From an uncultured Candidatus Saccharibacteria bacterium (GTDB taxonomy: Bacteria; Patescibacteriota; Saccharimonadia; Saccharimonadales; 2-12-FULL-41-12), in contig CAZTQB010000003.1 in the NCBI GenBank assembly GCA_964615775.1, forward strand, positions 39,172 to 103,171: a stretch of DNA of 64,000 nucleotides. Reading direction: 5' to 3'. The notes beneath the pieces are model-generated. The model was not told the origin of the DNA. It saw nothing but the letters and a program-made list of their open reading frames with translations, and searched no databases. The position numbers and the translations under genes were made by a program. Shown here piece by piece: positions 18,532 to 27,315 of this stretch (its first letter is position 1; each line of letters begins with the position of its first letter).

Positions 18532-20333
18532 GACTTGATTAATCTTGCTAATTTTTGTGAATATAATTTTGCTGAAAATGCAGTTAGAGATAGGGCTTGA
18601 ATAGTTGCAAATAAGTAAAGTAACTTTTTAGATACTTTTGTTTCGGGCAGTGGGCCAATACCAATATCAATATAATTATTTGGTATTTTTTCACCTTGAA
18701 CAATTTGCGGGCTATCATATTGGTTATCAAAGTTGGTGATTAGCTCAGAGGAAGTATCGATGTTGCCGTCACCATTTATATCGACTGCTACATCATTATT
18801 ACCATCACCATCAAAATCAGCAATGAATTGTCCAGACTGGTTAGGTTTGACTGTATTGGGTATAGGTACAATTTTATTAACCCCTGATCCAGCAATAGTA
18901 ACAAGTGGAACCGAGCTTGGATTGGTTGGGTTATTTGGTGGAGTTGTTGGCGGTGTAATAGGTCCTCCCGGCTGTTGGCTAGAAGAGACCAGACTAAAGT
19001 TTATCCAATTAAGTGTATAGGAAGAGCCTGTTACCTCAGCTCGTAGTTTTTTACCATTGCCTCCAGGTAGGCTAATATTTTGTAAGCTAATTGTTTGGTA
19101 TTTTTGCCACTCACCAGTGTTAGGAATATTGGCAGTTGCGATTGTTGTACCGTCTAGTTTTAAGGTGATTTTACCTGTAGCAATAGCTGATCCAACTCTC
19201 ATATCTATGTTGTATTTGCCAGCCTGTACGTTAGTTGTATATTCTTGCCACTCACCTGGTTCATTCCACCCAACATTAAAGCCTCCCTCGCTAGAATTTT
19301 CTATATCTACCCCGTCAGAACGATATTTGCCGCCCTGATTTGAAGAACTCGAATCATGATAAGCTACACCCTCACCACCTTCGTCGTAGTTTTCAGCTTC
19401 GATCTTGCCAGGTATCGGCCAATTATTGCCTAGGTAAGGTTTACGTTGTTGCTGCTGTGGCGGTGGCTGCGTAGGTACAACTGGTGTACCAGTATTATTA
19501 GTTGGTACACTACCAAGCGATGCTTCGTCCCAAGCCATCTTAAAGCTATCCATATATAAAATAGCTGTCTTTGCTAAATCATCATTTCTGTACATACCGC
19601 CTTTTACATATAGTGGAGGACTAGTAATGTTATCAACCCCAGACTTATCTAGTACTTTACTACCGTTATGCCATAGTTCAATTCTTCCTGAGTCTCCCCA
19701 GGTTACGTGCATTTTAAAGTTGTGCCATGAACCACGATTCATGGGAGCTTGCCAATAGTAATTCCATCTAGAACCATCACTTACCCCAAGAGCAATATTA
19801 TCATTGGAGGCAAAGAAGGCCATTGGTGGTGATACACTGTCATTACCATGCCACTGTAAGAATATTTGCCAGCCACCATTTGCCGGTTGAGTTGGATAAC
19901 TTGGGAAGGTTGGATCAAACATTGATGACCAAGAGTACCAACGATTCTCACCCTTCTGTTCGTTAGTCTGAGTAGTAAACTCACTTCTAGCAGTATTAGC
20001 ACAACACCACTGAGCTAGTGGATTATCTCCCTTTCGGAGTTCAATACGAGCCATACCAGCACCTTGCACAGGCTTTACGCCATTATCCGCTTGAGAAACA
20101 ATCCGTAGTCTGTCAGATGACACTCGTTGTAAACCCTGACCAGAAAAGTCAGTATCAAATGGTATGTTGAGAATCATGCCAGTGGCTGCTTTAGAATCTC
20201 TTGAATGCTGTAATATAGCAAAAGCTCCAAAGGCTGCACCAATAATTATTAATGCCATAGCCAACATTACTAATTTGGAGCTAAATAGTAGGGATTTTCT
20301 GCCTACACCTTTTTGTTGACTATTGGATTTCAT
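18528..20333 (-). CDS. Secreted/anchored jelly-roll (polysaccharide-lyase-like, ConA-fold) protein with CBM6-like module, Ca-binding loops and a C-terminal anchor
   Basis: - N-terminal signal anchor.
- Pattern ARSEF...QWHG...WHNFKMHVTW...IELWHNG...YVKGGMYR, typical of heparinase-I/glucuronan-lyase-type folds.
- CBM6-like IEAENYDEGGEGVAYHD...GEWQEY...TGEWQKY.
- DFDGDGNNDVAVDINGDGNID.
- LPETK followed by a hydrophobic helix and a basic tail. Confidence 0.7.
   Translation of the reverse strand: MKSNSQQKGVGRKSLLFSSKLVMLAMALIIIGAAFGAFAILQHSRDSKAATGMILNIPFDTDFSGQGLQRVSSDRLRIVSQADNGVKPVQGAGMARIELRKGDNPLAQWCCANTARSEFTTQTNEQKGENRWYSWSSMFDPTFPSYPTQPANGGWQIFLQWHGNDSVSPPMAFFASNDNIALGVSDGSRWNYYWQAPMNRGSWHNFKMHVTWGDSGRIELWHNGSKVLDKSGVDNITSPPLYVKGGMYRNDDLAKTAILYMDSFKMAWDEASLGSVPTNNTGTPVVPTQPPPQQQQRKPYLGNNWPIPGKIEAENYDEGGEGVAYHDSSSSNQGGKYRSDGVDIENSSEGGFNVGWNEPGEWQEYTTNVQAGKYNIDMRVGSAIATGKITLKLDGTTIATANIPNTGEWQKYQTISLQNISLPGGNGKKLRAEVTGSSYTLNWINFSLVSSSQQPGGPITPPTTPPNNPTNPSSVPLVTIAGSGVNKIVPIPNTVKPNQSGQFIADFDGDGNNDVAVDINGDGNIDTSSELITNFDNQYDSPQIVQGEKIPNNYIDIGIGPLPETKVSKKLLYLFATIQALSLTAFSAKLYSQKLARLIKS
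19467..20329. repeat. 863-bp direct repeat, copy A (5' two-thirds of the jelly-roll gene)
   Basis: Reads identical base for base to 20952-21814 (offset 1485 bp). The identical antisense ORFs at 19781-20002 and 21266-21487 in the ORF track corroborate this. Confidence 0.9.
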
Positions 20334-20429
20334 TTTAGCTTCAATTATTTTTCAAAACTCATATATAAGATTACTATACACCTTAGTTTGTTAACCTAGA
20401 AGTTTCTTCGAGGTTTATTTATTAAGTTT

Positions 20430-21857
20430 TTAGTAGTTAAATTTATAGTTGGTGACCTGAATCAACCGACTGCTGCCATATGTACTATTACCAAAGCTTG
20501 GAATCGATACATTACCAAAGCAGTATCTAGACTGTTGACCAAGAGTAACTGTTGCGGTCTTTGACTGTGTTTTACCGCCAGTATTATCTATAGTCCATAA
20601 TTTCTTATCAGAATCATCTGCATAGAAGTAAACTGTGTTACCATATTTCGCGTTTACATTAGCTGTGAAGGTTATAGATTTAGGAACTGCTGACCCGGCT
20701 GGTCGTGCAATACAATATCTGCCATATTGATTGGATTTATAACCCCTTTTGTTGCTATCGAATTGTACCAAAAGATTTCTGCTGTTACTTAGTGTCATGG
20801 GTGTTGAAACTGTACTGTTAACCACTCCTTCGCCTTTTTCCCATTTTGACCAGTCGTTGGGAGCAAGTGTAGATGATGTCGCTACGGGTGTAGGAGCTGG
20901 GCTAGGACTAGCAGTGTTGGTCTCTACTGTGGGTGTAGGAGCTGGTGCGGTCTGCGTAGGTACAACTGGTGTACCAGTATTATTAGTTGGTACACTACCA
21001 AGCGATGCTTCGTCCCAAGCCATCTTAAAGCTATCCATATATAAAATAGCTGTCTTTGCTAAATCATCATTTCTGTACATACCGCCTTTTACATATAGTG
21101 GAGGACTAGTAATGTTATCAACCCCAGACTTATCTAGTACTTTACTACCGTTATGCCATAGTTCAATTCTTCCTGAGTCTCCCCAGGTTACGTGCATTTT
21201 AAAGTTGTGCCATGAACCACGATTCATGGGAGCTTGCCAATAGTAATTCCATCTAGAACCATCACTTACCCCAAGAGCAATATTATCATTGGAGGCAAAG
21301 AAGGCCATTGGTGGTGATACACTGTCATTACCATGCCACTGTAAGAATATTTGCCAGCCACCATTTGCCGGTTGAGTTGGATAACTTGGGAAGGTTGGAT
21401 CAAACATTGATGACCAAGAGTACCAACGATTCTCACCCTTCTGTTCGTTAGTCTGAGTAGTAAACTCACTTCTAGCAGTATTAGCACAACACCACTGAGC
21501 TAGTGGATTATCTCCCTTTCGGAGTTCAATACGAGCCATACCAGCACCTTGCACAGGCTTTACGCCATTATCCGCTTGAGAAACAATCCGTAGTCTGTCA
21601 GATGACACTCGTTGTAAACCCTGACCAGAAAAGTCAGTATCAAATGGTATGTTGAGAATCATGCCAGTGGCTGCTTTAGAATCTCTTGAATGCTGTAATA
21701 TAGCAAAAGCTCCAAAGGCTGCACCAATAATTATTAATGCCATAGCCAACATTACTAATTTGGAGCTAAATAGTAGGGATTTTCTGCCTACACCTTTTTG
21801 TTGACTATTGGATTGAAATAGGTTTATTTTGTTTCTTAAGCTAGATTTCTTTTTCAT
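20430..21857 (-). CDS. Secreted jelly-roll (polysaccharide-lyase-like) protein, paralogue with a different C-terminal beta-rich module
   Basis: About 288 aa are identical to the upstream paralogue. A PT-rich linker (TAPAPTPTVETNTASPSPAPTP) follows, then an unrelated 150-aa module. Confidence 0.7.
   Translation of the reverse strand: MKKKSSLRNKINLFQSNSQQKGVGRKSLLFSSKLVMLAMALIIIGAAFGAFAILQHSRDSKAATGMILNIPFDTDFSGQGLQRVSSDRLRIVSQADNGVKPVQGAGMARIELRKGDNPLAQWCCANTARSEFTTQTNEQKGENRWYSWSSMFDPTFPSYPTQPANGGWQIFLQWHGNDSVSPPMAFFASNDNIALGVSDGSRWNYYWQAPMNRGSWHNFKMHVTWGDSGRIELWHNGSKVLDKSGVDNITSPPLYVKGGMYRNDDLAKTAILYMDSFKMAWDEASLGSVPTNNTGTPVVPTQTAPAPTPTVETNTASPSPAPTPVATSSTLAPNDWSKWEKGEGVVNSTVSTPMTLSNSRNLLVQFDSNKRGYKSNQYGRYCIARPAGSAVPKSITFTANVNAKYGNTVYFYADDSDKKLWTIDNTGGKTQSKTATVTLGQQSRYCFGNVSIPSFGNSTYGSSRLIQVTNYKFNY
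20952..21814. repeat. 863-bp direct repeat, copy B
   Basis: See copy A. The boundaries fall at codon 4/17 on the 5' side and at the domain linker (VVPTQ) on the 3' side. Confidence 0.9.
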
Positions 21858-21981
21858 GACCGATTATTCTTCTTATTTTCTTTACTATACTATAACCATA
21901 GCATATGAGTTTTGAAAGTACAAACTACTTGTGGATAAAATTGAAATTTATATAAAAAATTATTATAATTACACCTTAGAT

Positions 21982-22095
21982 ATGAACAGACAAAAAGACC
22001 AAGCTGGCTTTATAACAATGATAGTAGTCATGGTTATACTTATTATTATAGTTGTCGGCCTAGCCTATATGAGAGTCAAGGCCAAACACGGCTAA
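21982..22095 (+). CDS. Possible 37-aa single-TM peptide (MNRQKDQAGFITMIVVMVILIIIVVGLAYMRVKAKHG)
   Basis: TATAAT at 21964-21969, ATG at 21982, TAA at 22093-22095. The polar head, hydrophobic helix and basic tail vaguely resemble a prepilin but lack Glu5. Confidence 0.3.
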   Translation: MNRQKDQAGFITMIVVMVILIIIVVGLAYMRVKAKHG

Positions 22096-22112
22096 AGCCT
22101 AACTTTTTAAAG

Positions 22113-23396
22113 CTATCTTAAGTCTTCAAGTCCTTCAAAAGCTGTATGACTAGGATTGGTAGGATCAAACTTGCCTTGAGTAAGGTAGTCATGGATATCG
22201 TCGATACTATGGCCAGCGGCAAGCTTTTCATTTATAAAGCCTACTACTTTTATATAGCCCTGGTAATAAGCGATATCTTTAGTAAATATAGCCTGAGTAC
22301 CGTCAGCATTATCTTCGCCTTTACTGCCTCTATAGTAGCGAGCAACTTTTTTCCAGCACTTATCTTCAATTTTTTGATAGTCAACTTCTTTTTCTTTTTT
22401 TGATTCGGCTAAGATTGCTTCTGCACGGGCAACCATGAAAAGTTCACCGCGTGTCATTTGCTTGCCGTTTAAAGAACCTAAGGCAAACGCTATTAAGTGA
22501 TAATGAACTGGATCTTTTTCGGAATAGTCTCCGGCTACTGCTTTTTCTGACAATGTAGCAAGCCCTTCCTCGGCATCGATATAATCAGGCAATCCTGTGC
22601 CGAGTAGTTTACCTTTCTTGTACCCATTCACAGATCTTTTTACATGAGTTAATATTTCATGGGTAACTAGAAGTTTAAGTTGTTTTCTACTTACTGGTGG
22701 CTTATTTTTTGCTACGATAATCGTTTTTTCATCGGTATTGACAGCTGTGGATGTTCCTTCGCTTATGTCAACTTTCCAGTCGCTAAAACCGGGGTCATCA
22801 TGGTGACTTAGCCAGTTTAGTACTTCCTCAAAGACTGTAGTTAAGTTTTCTGGGCCATTTTCATCACTATCTAGACCGTCGATATATTCAAAAATCTGAC
22901 CATATCTACCTTGAAGTGATTCCCCGAGTTTTTCTATAACGGTGTTTTGGTCAATTTCTGTCTCAAATGTTTCTTCTGAACATTCCTTTAATTGGTCTGA
23001 GTAAAACTCTCTCAAAAAATTTACTTCTTTTTGTTGCTCTGGGCCAAAATTATCCAAATCATGGAGTCTTTTTCTGACAATATCTACAACTACCGCCTTA
23101 TCAGGTTCGCCGTATAACTCAATTGATGCTTTGGTAAATTGTTCACGAGATTCTTTAGATGGTTGTCTGGTAAGCCTATCTGCATATCTGATTAGACCGC
23201 TGATAGCAACTTCACGAGCAGCAGCTTTCTCGGCAACTGGATCATTACTTCTGTTATATTTGTCCCACCGTTGTGCATCAAGAAATTCTTCTTGCAATGC
23301 GGCATCAGCTAAATGTGGTTGTCCTAAAGTTTCTAAGCCATGTCCAGTAACTGTAAATGCGTGTATGGGTTTTGGTTCGGGTATTCTTGATTTCAT
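22113..23396 (-). CDS. DUF1704-family putative metallocarboxypeptidase (QEGLA-motif protein / MATCAP-like)
   Basis: HExxH zinc motif (THEILTHV) followed by AEEGLATLSE, which corresponds to the family's QEGLA signature. It is divergent from the rimK operon. Confidence 0.6.
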   Translation of the reverse strand: MKSRIPEPKPIHAFTVTGHGLETLGQPHLADAALQEEFLDAQRWDKYNRSNDPVAEKAAAREVAISGLIRYADRLTRQPSKESREQFTKASIELYGEPDKAVVVDIVRKRLHDLDNFGPEQQKEVNFLREFYSDQLKECSEETFETEIDQNTVIEKLGESLQGRYGQIFEYIDGLDSDENGPENLTTVFEEVLNWLSHHDDPGFSDWKVDISEGTSTAVNTDEKTIIVAKNKPPVSRKQLKLLVTHEILTHVKRSVNGYKKGKLLGTGLPDYIDAEEGLATLSEKAVAGDYSEKDPVHYHLIAFALGSLNGKQMTRGELFMVARAEAILAESKKEKEVDYQKIEDKCWKKVARYYRGSKGEDNADGTQAIFTKDIAYYQGYIKVVGFINEKLAAGHSIDDIHDYLTQGKFDPTNPSHTAFEGLEDLR

Positions 23397-23478
23397 ATAC
23401 TATATTGTATCATAAAGTATCATATTTGTAAATATGGTGATATTGATTTTTTGATAAAAAAACACTATAATATATTTA

Positions 23479-23907
23479 ATGGATTCAAAAATAATTGGCA
23501 TAATTGAAAATGTGGTTTTTCCTGATTTTGATAATCTAGAAATTGATGCAAAGATAGACACCGGAGCTTATACTGGGGCTCTACATAGCACCAACATACA
23601 TGTAGAGAGAAAAAACGACAAAAAAGTATTATTCTTTTCGCCATTTGATCATCCAGAAATTGTGCATAAGACCAACGATTTTAAAGTTGGCAATGTAAAA
23701 AGCTCTAATGGCCACATACAGGAGCGTTATTTTATTAAAACTCGGGTAAATGTGAGAGGCAATATTTATCCAATTACGTTAACTCTAACTGATAGGTCGG
23801 AAATGAGATCACAACTACTAATAGGTCGACGGTTTTTAGCAGCTTATGATTTTTTAGTTGACGTGAAGCAGACCTCTGGGATATCTTTAGCTGAAAAGGA
23901 CGATTGA
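23479..23907 (+). CDS. Retropepsin-like putative protease (RimB / PF05618-like)
   Basis: Contains AKIDTGAYTGALH (DTGA aspartic-protease-type motif). Its stop overlaps the rimK start region. Confidence 0.65.
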   Translation: MDSKIIGIIENVVFPDFDNLEIDAKIDTGAYTGALHSTNIHVERKNDKKVLFFSPFDHPEIVHKTNDFKVGNVKSSNGHIQERYFIKTRVNVRGNIYPITLTLTDRSEMRSQLLIGRRFLAAYDFLVDVKQTSGISLAEKDD

Positions 23908-23909
23908 TT

Positions 23910-24812
23910 ATGAAGATAGCGATATTATCTAAAGGACCTGACAATTATTCAACCATGAGACTTAAGCAAGTTGCTGAGAATCGTGGACATGATGTAATGG
24001 TTATAAATTATGCAAAATGTTATGTGACTATTCAGCGAGATGAGCCGGTGATTCGTTATATGGGCGAAGATATTTCAGGCTTTGACGCAATTATTCCGCG
24101 GATTGCTTCTAGCTTGACTAAATACGGTACTGCAATGGTACGGCAATTTGAGGCACAAGGGTCATTTACGACCGCTAGCTCAATTGCAATTGCTCGTTCG
24201 AGAGACAAACTTAGGAGTATTCAAATTTTAGCTAAATCTGGTGTGAGTATCCCAAAAACTGTCTTTGCTCGTGACACTGCCGACTTGGATGATGTGATAG
24301 AACAGGCTGGCGGTACGCCGTTAATTATTAAGGTTGCTCGCGGTACTCATGGCAATGGTGTTGTACTGGCTGAGACTAAAAAAGCAGCTCAAGCTGTAAT
24401 GCAGGCTTTTTATGTGGAGGGAGTGAGCTTTTTAGTACAGGAGTTTATTAAAGAGTCGGCCGGTACAGATATCAGGGCATTTGTAGTTGGTGGTAAGGTG
24501 GTGGCTAGCATGGAGCGTCAGAGCTTAGATGATGACTTTCGATCTAACATACACCAAGGCGGCATGGGTAATCCAGTAAAACTGACTGATGAAGAGCGAA
24601 AGACTGCACAAAGAGCAGCAAAAGCTATGGGTCTACCAATCTGTGGTGTAGATATGATGCGTTCAGAAAGAGGGCCGTTAGTTTTGGAAGTAAATTCAAG
24701 TCCTGGTTTTGCGATAGAGAAAATGACTGGTAGAAATGTAGCCGAGAAAATAATTGAGTATGTAGAAAATAATGCTAAAGGACGTAGACGAAAAGACCGC
24801 GTTGGTGCGTAA
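23910..24812 (+). CDS. rimK: ATP-grasp alpha-L-glutamate ligase RimK
   Basis: MKIAILS..., IIKVARGTHGNGV and LEVNSSPG ATP-grasp motifs. The start was set at ATG 23910. Confidence 0.85.
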   Translation: MKIAILSKGPDNYSTMRLKQVAENRGHDVMVINYAKCYVTIQRDEPVIRYMGEDISGFDAIIPRIASSLTKYGTAMVRQFEAQGSFTTASSIAIARSRDKLRSIQILAKSGVSIPKTVFARDTADLDDVIEQAGGTPLIIKVARGTHGNGVVLAETKKAAQAVMQAFYVEGVSFLVQEFIKESAGTDIRAFVVGGKVVASMERQSLDDDFRSNIHQGGMGNPVKLTDEERKTAQRAAKAMGLPICGVDMMRSERGPLVLEVNSSPGFAIEKMTGRNVAEKIIEYVENNAKGRRRKDRVGA

Positions 24813-25239
24813 TAAATTTTTTATTTTTTTGTGTCTTTTGACGGGTTTAATAATCGGGTTTATTATCTGGAATCAGCAAAATTATAGAAACTGCGTTGGT
24901 GTGCAGGATCAAAGTTGCATAGTCAGGTATGAATTAGCCGATAATGATGCAAAGCGAATAAAAGGGCTTTCTGGAAGAGATAAGCTGCCAGACGAGCGGA
25001 GTATGCTATTTGTATTTGATGAGACCGAAAAACAATGTTTTTGGATGAAAGGCATGAAATTTAATATTGATATAGTCTGGATTGATAAAGATAAAAAGGT
25101 ACTGTCATTAGACGAAAATATTAAACCTAATACTTATCCTGAGACTTTCTGTGAAGATGAAGTAAAGTATGTTTTAGAAGTTAACGCTGGAGTAGTACGG
25201 AAACTAAATATGAGTATTGGCACTCAGCTTACTTTTTGA
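24772..25239 (+). CDS. DUF192 family protein with N-terminal TM
   Basis: ELADNDAKRIKGLSGR...MLFVF...FWMKGMKFNIDIVWID...YVLEVNAG matches the DUF192 pattern. The exact start is uncertain because the ORF overlaps the rimK 3' end. Confidence 0.6.
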   Translation: MLKDVDEKTALVRNKFFIFLCLLTGLIIGFIIWNQQNYRNCVGVQDQSCIVRYELADNDAKRIKGLSGRDKLPDERSMLFVFDETEKQCFWMKGMKFNIDIVWIDKDKKVLSLDENIKPNTYPETFCEDEVKYVLEVNAGVVRKLNMSIGTQLTF

Positions 25240-25275
25240 TAATTTCAATAATTACCCAAACATCATGCTAAAATT

Positions 25276-25761
25276 ATGCTTATGTATAATATGCAAATGA
25301 TTTTGGTTATTGCTGTCTTCTTAGGCATAATTGGCCTAATCTTGTTCTTAAAAGTACCGTCTAGTGCAGTAGTAACAAGTGTATTTGTGGGTTATATCTT
25401 AAGTAGTCAGGCTAGTAGTGACATCTATGGCTTTATTGCTAAAGTTAGCGGTATTGGTGATTATCGTAATATTCAAATTGGACTTCTTGTTCTGCCACTA
25501 GCTTTAAGTATTTTGTTCTTAAAGGGGAGGGCAAAGGGCAAAAAACCTGCTCATATACTCCTAGTAGCGGTGTCAATTGTGCTAGTGGTGATGTTTTTGT
25601 ATAAACTAGTGCCGGTTATTAAAACGAATCTAGATATTGCTAGCTACGGACAGATAGAGAGCTACAAGACTTTTATTATAATTATCTGTAGCTTACTAGC
25701 ACTAGTTTTAATATGGTTAAGTATGCCAAAAGCCCATTACGACGAACACGACAAGAAGTAG
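25276..25761 (+). CDS. Polytopic membrane protein, unknown function
   Basis: Four or five hydrophobic helices and no recognised motif. Confidence 0.5.
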   Translation: MLMYNMQMILVIAVFLGIIGLILFLKVPSSAVVTSVFVGYILSSQASSDIYGFIAKVSGIGDYRNIQIGLLVLPLALSILFLKGRAKGKKPAHILLVAVSIVLVVMFLYKLVPVIKTNLDIASYGQIESYKTFIIIICSLLALVLIWLSMPKAHYDEHDKK

Positions 25762-25791
25762 GTATAAATAATTTTAGTTACTATTTAAGAG

Positions 25792-26175
25792 TTAAGAGTT
25801 CGAAGGAGGTGGTGGAACTACACCGTTATTGTCTGGTGTTTGAGGAGTGATACTTGGATCGCTAGCTGGTGGTTGAGGCTGAGCAATAGAGTCGACACCA
25901 GGCACCGGGTTTATCGGCTGCGGATCAGCTGGCGGCATAGGTGCAGGGCCAAAAGTTGGCTGCATTTGCTCAGTAGGAGTTGGCTGTTGATTGCTGGTGT
26001 CCATAGCTTGTGGCTGGTCTTGTGTTATTGGCTGTTGATCTGGCATAGCTTGAGTGTTGGTATCCAATGGATTATTTGGTGCCATAGGGTTCGCTGGCGG
26101 AGGTGTAGGCTGGCCAGTTTGCATTGAGTTAGAATTGTTTTTTTTGCCGAAGCTAAAGAGATTTGATAATTTCAT
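25792..26175 (-). CDS. Pro/Gln-rich low-complexity protein
   Basis: 127 aa, mostly P/Q/N/T/D. The opposite strand is also open because of the composition. Coding status is moderate. Confidence 0.4.
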   Translation of the reverse strand: MKLSNLFSFGKKNNSNSMQTGQPTPPPANPMAPNNPLDTNTQAMPDQQPITQDQPQAMDTSNQQPTPTEQMQPTFGPAPMPPADPQPINPVPGVDSIAQPQPPASDPSITPQTPDNNGVVPPPPSNS

Positions 26176-26213
26176 ATCTAAACGTTAGCATATTATACGA
26201 TTAATTACAAAAT

Positions 26214-26906
26214 TTATTTGCCAAACCGCCGCGTACGTTTATAAAACTCGCCTATGCAGTTTTTGAGATCTGCGGCAGTAAAATCTGGCCAAAGTTTGTC
26301 TGTAAACACTAGTTCGCTATAAGCTGATTGCCATGTCAAGAAGTTGCTTAGGCGTTGCTCACCAGATGTCCTGATAACTAAATCTGGTGGTGGTATATTG
26401 GGTTGGTATAAATTTTCTTGGACTATGTCGTCGGTAATTTTACTTGAGTCTAGGCCGCTATCAATAATCTTTTTAACTGCATCTGTAATCTCCTGTCGAC
26501 CACCATAATTTATGCAAACTACCACTGTTATTTTGGTATTATTTTTAGTTAATTCTTCAGCTAAGCTTAGGCTTTTGATGATTTCTGGCCTAAGATTATC
26601 TGTGCAGCCGGCAAATAATATACGAACATTTTGTTTGTGAAAGCTCTTTATTTCATTTTTTAGTACCCATAGCAAAAGCTTCATAATGCCGCTTACTTCG
26701 TCGCTACTCCTGGTCCAATTTTCTGATGAAAACACATACGCACTTATGAATTTTACATTTAGCTTAGCGGCGGCTTCGACGATAGTTTTGAGATTTTTGT
26801 ATCCCTGCCTGTGGCCTTCAATGGCTGGAAAACCGTGAGCTTTTGCCCAGCGTCGATTGCCATCCAAAATTAGCCCGATGTGCTTACATTCGTTTCTCAT
26901 TCTCAT
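26214..26906 (-). CDS. uppS: Undecaprenyl-diphosphate synthase (cis-prenyltransferase)
   Basis: HIGLILDGNRRWA, FSSENWTR and RTSGEQRLSNFLTWQSAYSE motifs. Confidence 0.9.
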   Translation of the reverse strand: MRMRNECKHIGLILDGNRRWAKAHGFPAIEGHRQGYKNLKTIVEAAAKLNVKFISAYVFSSENWTRSSDEVSGIMKLLLWVLKNEIKSFHKQNVRILFAGCTDNLRPEIIKSLSLAEELTKNNTKITVVVCINYGGRQEITDAVKKIIDSGLDSSKITDDIVQENLYQPNIPPPDLVIRTSGEQRLSNFLTWQSAYSELVFTDKLWPDFTAADLKNCIGEFYKRTRRFGK

Positions 26907-27102
26907 ATTAATTATAATCTCTCTTTGGTAAAATTTAAAAATTCGACTAAAAATACGATTCGTTCAAGTTGGACATTGACACTTCCTGTTAGAGATACGA
27001 TTGAATATGTCCGTAGGGCTAGAAATTTGAGCCAGCCTGCAACTTTGTGGCTTTGCTGTATATGGATGCTGCACATACTTTAATGAAGCTAACACCCGAA
27101 CT

Positions 27103-27126
27103 AACAAAAAAGCCTCCGAAGAGGCT
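27103..27126 (-). terminator. Terminator downstream of tRNA-Lys
   Basis: AGCCTC-cgaa-GAGGCT (27111-27126). A T tract follows on the minus strand (A6 at 27105-27110). Confidence 0.55.
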
Positions 27127-27138
27127 ATTTAACTAAAC

Positions 27139-27214
27139 TGGAGGGCCCGCCGGGGCTCGAACCCGGGACACGTGGCTTAAAAGGCCACTGCTCTACCAAC
27201 TGAGCTACAGGCCC
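27139..27214 (-). tRNA. tRNA-Lys (UUU)
   Basis: The reverse complement is GGGCCTGTAGCTCAGTTGGTAGAGCAGTGGCCTTTTAAGCCACGTGTCCCGGGTTCGAGCCCCGGCGGGCCCTCCA, with anticodon loop CTTTTAA. Confidence 0.85.
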
Positions 27215-27315
27215 ATAGCAGATTGCATTGCTATGAGATTTTATTATTCTAACAGATGTAAAATGTTAAAATCAACTAAAGCTATTATACACTTTTTGTA
27301 TCAAAAAGCAATAAA

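Noticed and set aside
26907-27102. A possible small RNA between uppS and tRNA-Lys, a roughly 200-nt gap with some local hairpins (for example GACAT...ATGTC).
   Set aside because: There is no convincing promoter-terminator pair and no match to SRP or 6S features that I can recognise. The only clear element is the tRNA-Lys terminator.
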